Part shown: piece after piece, positions 40,970 through 43,484 of the stretch
Position numbering within the stretch: position 1 is the stretch's first letter
Layout: each line of letters opens with the position of its first letter
Assembly (NCBI GenBank): GCA_046484135.1
Contig: JAWOBU010000122.1
Span: forward strand, 1-43,484
Direction of reading: 5' to 3'
Length of the DNA: 43,484 nucleotides
Origin: a bacterium
GTDB taxonomy: Bacteria; RBG-13-61-14; DATKZS01
Notes under the pieces: generated by a model
What the model saw: the letters and a program-made list of their open reading frames with translations, nothing else
Database searches by the model: none
What the model was told of the DNA's origin: nothing
Position numbers and translations under genes: made by a program

Positions 40970-40998
40970 TTTATACAAAATTTTAGCGGGTTTGTCAA
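40970..40998 (-). promoter_or_regulatory. Near-consensus sigma70 promoter
   Basis: TTGACA-N17-TATAAA on the minus strand. Confidence 0.65.
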
Positions 40999-41079
40999 GG
41001 AAAAAGTTAAAGTAAGTTTTAGATAATTAGTCTAAGTCTCCGGATGTGCGGACTTTTTGGAAAGAAAAAAAAGAGGGGG

Positions 41080-41961
41080 TCAAGGTTTCCGGCAGTTTTG
41101 ATAGCCTTCATAGGAGCCTTTAACGTAGGCCAGCTTGGTCATCCAGACGATGAAGAAGGCCTTGAATGTTTCCAAATTGCCAAGTCTCTCGTCTTGCCGG
41201 AACTCCCATAGCCTTCTCATTCCCGGCACGTACCATCTCCATTGTTTGAAGGCGTATCCGTCTTGCCCGGCGTAGAAGACTTTCAGTGAGCTGGCAAAGC
41301 CGTATCTCCACCATTTCTTGGAGATTTCTTTAAGGCCGGCGTGGGCGGCATGATAGATTCTCGTGTTCGGACAGTAGACCATTCTAAAGCCATTCGCGCT
41401 TGCGCGAGAGGTGTAGTGAGTGTCTCCTCCATAATTGAACCTCTGATCAAACCCGCCCATTTTCTCCACAACTTTTCTGGTCATGAACAGGTTGTTGGTG
41501 GCGCAGCCCCCAATGGATTCTACCATGAGCTTTTGTCTTCCGAAGCTGCTCCGGCTGTACCTCCCGCTTATACTTTTTTCCGGCACCTCGTATACGGAGT
41601 GGCCGGCGGCCATGTCGGCGTCATTTTCCCGGAGGCATTTCACCCCCTGTTTTATCCACTCGCGGTCCACCCGGCAGTCGCCGTCCGTAAAGGCGAGCAC
41701 TTCTCCGTTCGAGTTTTCTATCCCCCGGTTGCGGGCGGCATAGGAGTTAGAGGGGGTCTTTTCGCACAGGTAGGTGAGCCCTTGCCCGCGGATGATCTCT
41801 TCCGTATTGTCGGTGGAGTTGTTGTCAACAATCAGTATCTCGATTTTGTCCGGGGGGTAGTCCTGCCCGCGCAGAGAGGAGATCAGCTCCGGGAGCGTTT
41901 CTGCCTCGTTATAAGCGGGTATTATTACCGAGACCAAGGGGGTGGAGTCTTGTTCGTTCAT
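41080..41961 (-). CDS. Glycosyltransferase family 2
   Basis: VSVIIPAYNE, IVDNNSTD, AARNRG, AFTDGDC, GGFDQRF..GGD. Confidence 0.92.
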   Translation of the reverse strand: MNEQDSTPLVSVIIPAYNEAETLPELISSLRGQDYPPDKIEILIVDNNSTDNTEEIIRGQGLTYLCEKTPSNSYAARNRGIENSNGEVLAFTDGDCRVDREWIKQGVKCLRENDADMAAGHSVYEVPEKSISGRYSRSSFGRQKLMVESIGGCATNNLFMTRKVVEKMGGFDQRFNYGGDTHYTSRASANGFRMVYCPNTRIYHAAHAGLKEISKKWWRYGFASSLKVFYAGQDGYAFKQWRWYVPGMRRLWEFRQDERLGNLETFKAFFIVWMTKLAYVKGSYEGYQNCRKP

Positions 41962-42077
41962 GTATAAACGTTCTCCGTAACACGATATCTTCCGAATTAA
42001 GGTTTATTTCACACAAAGAAGATAACACGCAAAGTTGCTTTAAAACGTATACAATACAGGGCATCCTTCAGCCGGAT

Positions 42078-43103
42078 TCAATTTTTCATCCGGTTTTTCA
42101 AATCGAAGCGCCAGCCCTTGGCAGAGGCCCGGAGCATGTGGGCGGCCCGCGCCGCCCTGGTGGAAGGCTGGTCATACTCGATCATGCCGCGGTTGGCCGG
42201 CAGGAGGCAATTACAATACCTGGACAGACAGGGCCGGGGGGCCTCATAGCGGCAGAAGGTGCCCTTTTTTATTGATCCCAGGTAGTTCCAGAGTGGCCGC
42301 TGGCTGTAACAGCGCAGGCAATCGCCGTCCGGCTTGATAATGAAAAACAGCTCGCCGGTATGACAGTACCTTCCGTACAGGTTCCTGTCTCTTAACAGAT
42401 TGGTAGCTTTTATGACTTTGTCTTTAATGTACTGCTCTATGTGCTCCGGATAACGCTGAAAACCGTCCTGTGCCTTCAGCACCTGGAAGTTCATTTCTAT
42501 GCCGAGGGAGGTCAGCTTTTCATAGAGCTGTTTCAACTCATCGAACTTTTCGGGAAGCATGACCGTGTTTACGGAAAGGCTGGTGGCCGGGCTTTTGATG
42601 GACTGGAAATTTTGGACCCGGTCCACGAAGTCGTCCGCGTCGGTCTGGGAAAGGTGCAGGCTCGCTGTTACGAAGTCGAGTTTGTCTCCGCATTTTTCCA
42701 CCAGCTCGGCCTGCTTTTTCTTGTTCATGGAGAAGTTGGTGGTCAAGGCCACTTGGTGGCCCTGCTCGCACAAACTTGCCGCGGCCTCGAAAAAGCGCGG
42801 ATGTAGAGTGGGCTCGCCGCTGGCGAACTTGGCATGCCATGTTCCCGGCAGTGTTTTTGTAGTCTCCAGAACCCGTTGTACCAGGTCGTCCGGCATCATG
42901 CCGTCATGGGTCCGAGAGGGGTCGAACTGCCTCTCGCAGCAATACTCGCACCGGTAGTTGCACACGTCGGTCAGGTGCCATTCCAGGCTTGGTATGGGGG
43001 ATTTCCGGCCGGCATTCTGCGAAGCCCGGGCAGAGGCAGGCTTTTCCGGGCCGTTATAGGAACCGCTTTGGGGTATCCCGACCATGTAAAAGAATGCTAT
43101 CAC
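42078..43103 (-). CDS. Radical SAM protein with C-terminal Cys (twitch/SPASM-like) region; start may be ATG 43085
   Basis: LTDVCNYRCEYC, SGEPTLHP, LTTN, C..G...I.PDG...RC, C...YC.C. Confidence 0.88.
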   Translation of the reverse strand: MIAFFYMVGIPQSGSYNGPEKPASARASQNAGRKSPIPSLEWHLTDVCNYRCEYCCERQFDPSRTHDGMMPDDLVQRVLETTKTLPGTWHAKFASGEPTLHPRFFEAAASLCEQGHQVALTTNFSMNKKKQAELVEKCGDKLDFVTASLHLSQTDADDFVDRVQNFQSIKSPATSLSVNTVMLPEKFDELKQLYEKLTSLGIEMNFQVLKAQDGFQRYPEHIEQYIKDKVIKATNLLRDRNLYGRYCHTGELFFIIKPDGDCLRCYSQRPLWNYLGSIKKGTFCRYEAPRPCLSRYCNCLLPANRGMIEYDQPSTRAARAAHMLRASAKGWRFDLKNRMKN

Positions 43104-43219
43104 GGTGCTTCCGGATTTGCAAAGGGGTTTTCCGGCGTGAAGTTCCCCCGTTTTTTATAACCGGTCAGTCCCTCCATAAGCGTCTCCGGCAAGCAGGACA
43201 TTTATATTTGTTTCCAATC

Positions 43220-43484
43220 GGCGAACATACAACTCTCTGTCAAATGGATTGAACCACTCAGCCACCATAATAGCCCATCCTCGGCCATTGACCAGCCCAC
43301 AACTCGGCCATCCGGATAGCCCACACAACTCGTTGTGTGGGCAGACCCACTTCGTGAGTCTGCCCACACAACGAGTTGTGTGGGCTATCCGGATGGCCGA
43401 GTTGTGGGCTGGTCAATGGCCGAGGATGGGCTATTATGGTGGGTGAGTGGTTCAATCCATTTGAGAGAGAGTTGTATGTTTGCC
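43220..43484. repeat. 265-bp near-perfect palindrome (REPIN-like, family A); may extend past the window edge
   Basis: 131-bp arms around TTC at 43351-43353 with 4 mismatches; each arm carries a REP (43314-43342, 43362-43390); mirror-image ORFs in the track. Confidence 0.92.

Noticed and set aside
43249..43455. Two mirror-image 65-aa ORFs
   Set aside because: By-products of the palindrome, not credible proteins

Overview
GC-rich bacterial chromosomal window. Gene content and order (lptE-holA-rpsT-murJ, FmdB zinc ribbons, stand-alone MshEN protein, CIRCE-controlled groES-groEL) suggest a deltaproteobacterium (Desulfobacterota/Myxococcota-like); this taxonomic call is inference. Most of it is housekeeping or metabolic: holA, rpsT, murJ, ogt, thrB, rimO, a FabK-like enzyme, pncA, pncB, ligA, acylphosphatase, deoxynucleoside kinase, groES/groEL. 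There are three AT-richer accessory patches. (i) ~15.9-18.8 kb: a split sulfatase-like gene, an SGNH hydrolase, a diverged 183-bp copy of the thrB 5' region, and an unannotated 18-codon Cys/Lys-rich peptide with its own promoter, SD and terminator. (ii) ~28.0-30.2 kb: a darT-darG DNA ADP-ribosylation toxin-antitoxin pair flanked by what look like type I R-M scraps, directly upstream of pncA-pncB and ligA. (iii) ~40.1-41.0 kb: a non-coding stretch in which a near-consensus sigma70 promoter points into a GGA-rich segment with a strand-specific G-U stem, a candidate CsrB/Rsm-like sRNA. Other signals are a probable C-terminal selenocysteine with a SECIS-like hairpin in one FmdB paralogue, a sigma54/IHF-controlled acidic Cys-rich lipoprotein, three families of REP/REPIN-like palindromes (including a 265-bp palindrome at the right edge) and an internally deleted RAYT transposase remnant. 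No rRNA, tRNA or CRISPR array was recognised. All calls are by eye from motifs; no database searches were run.
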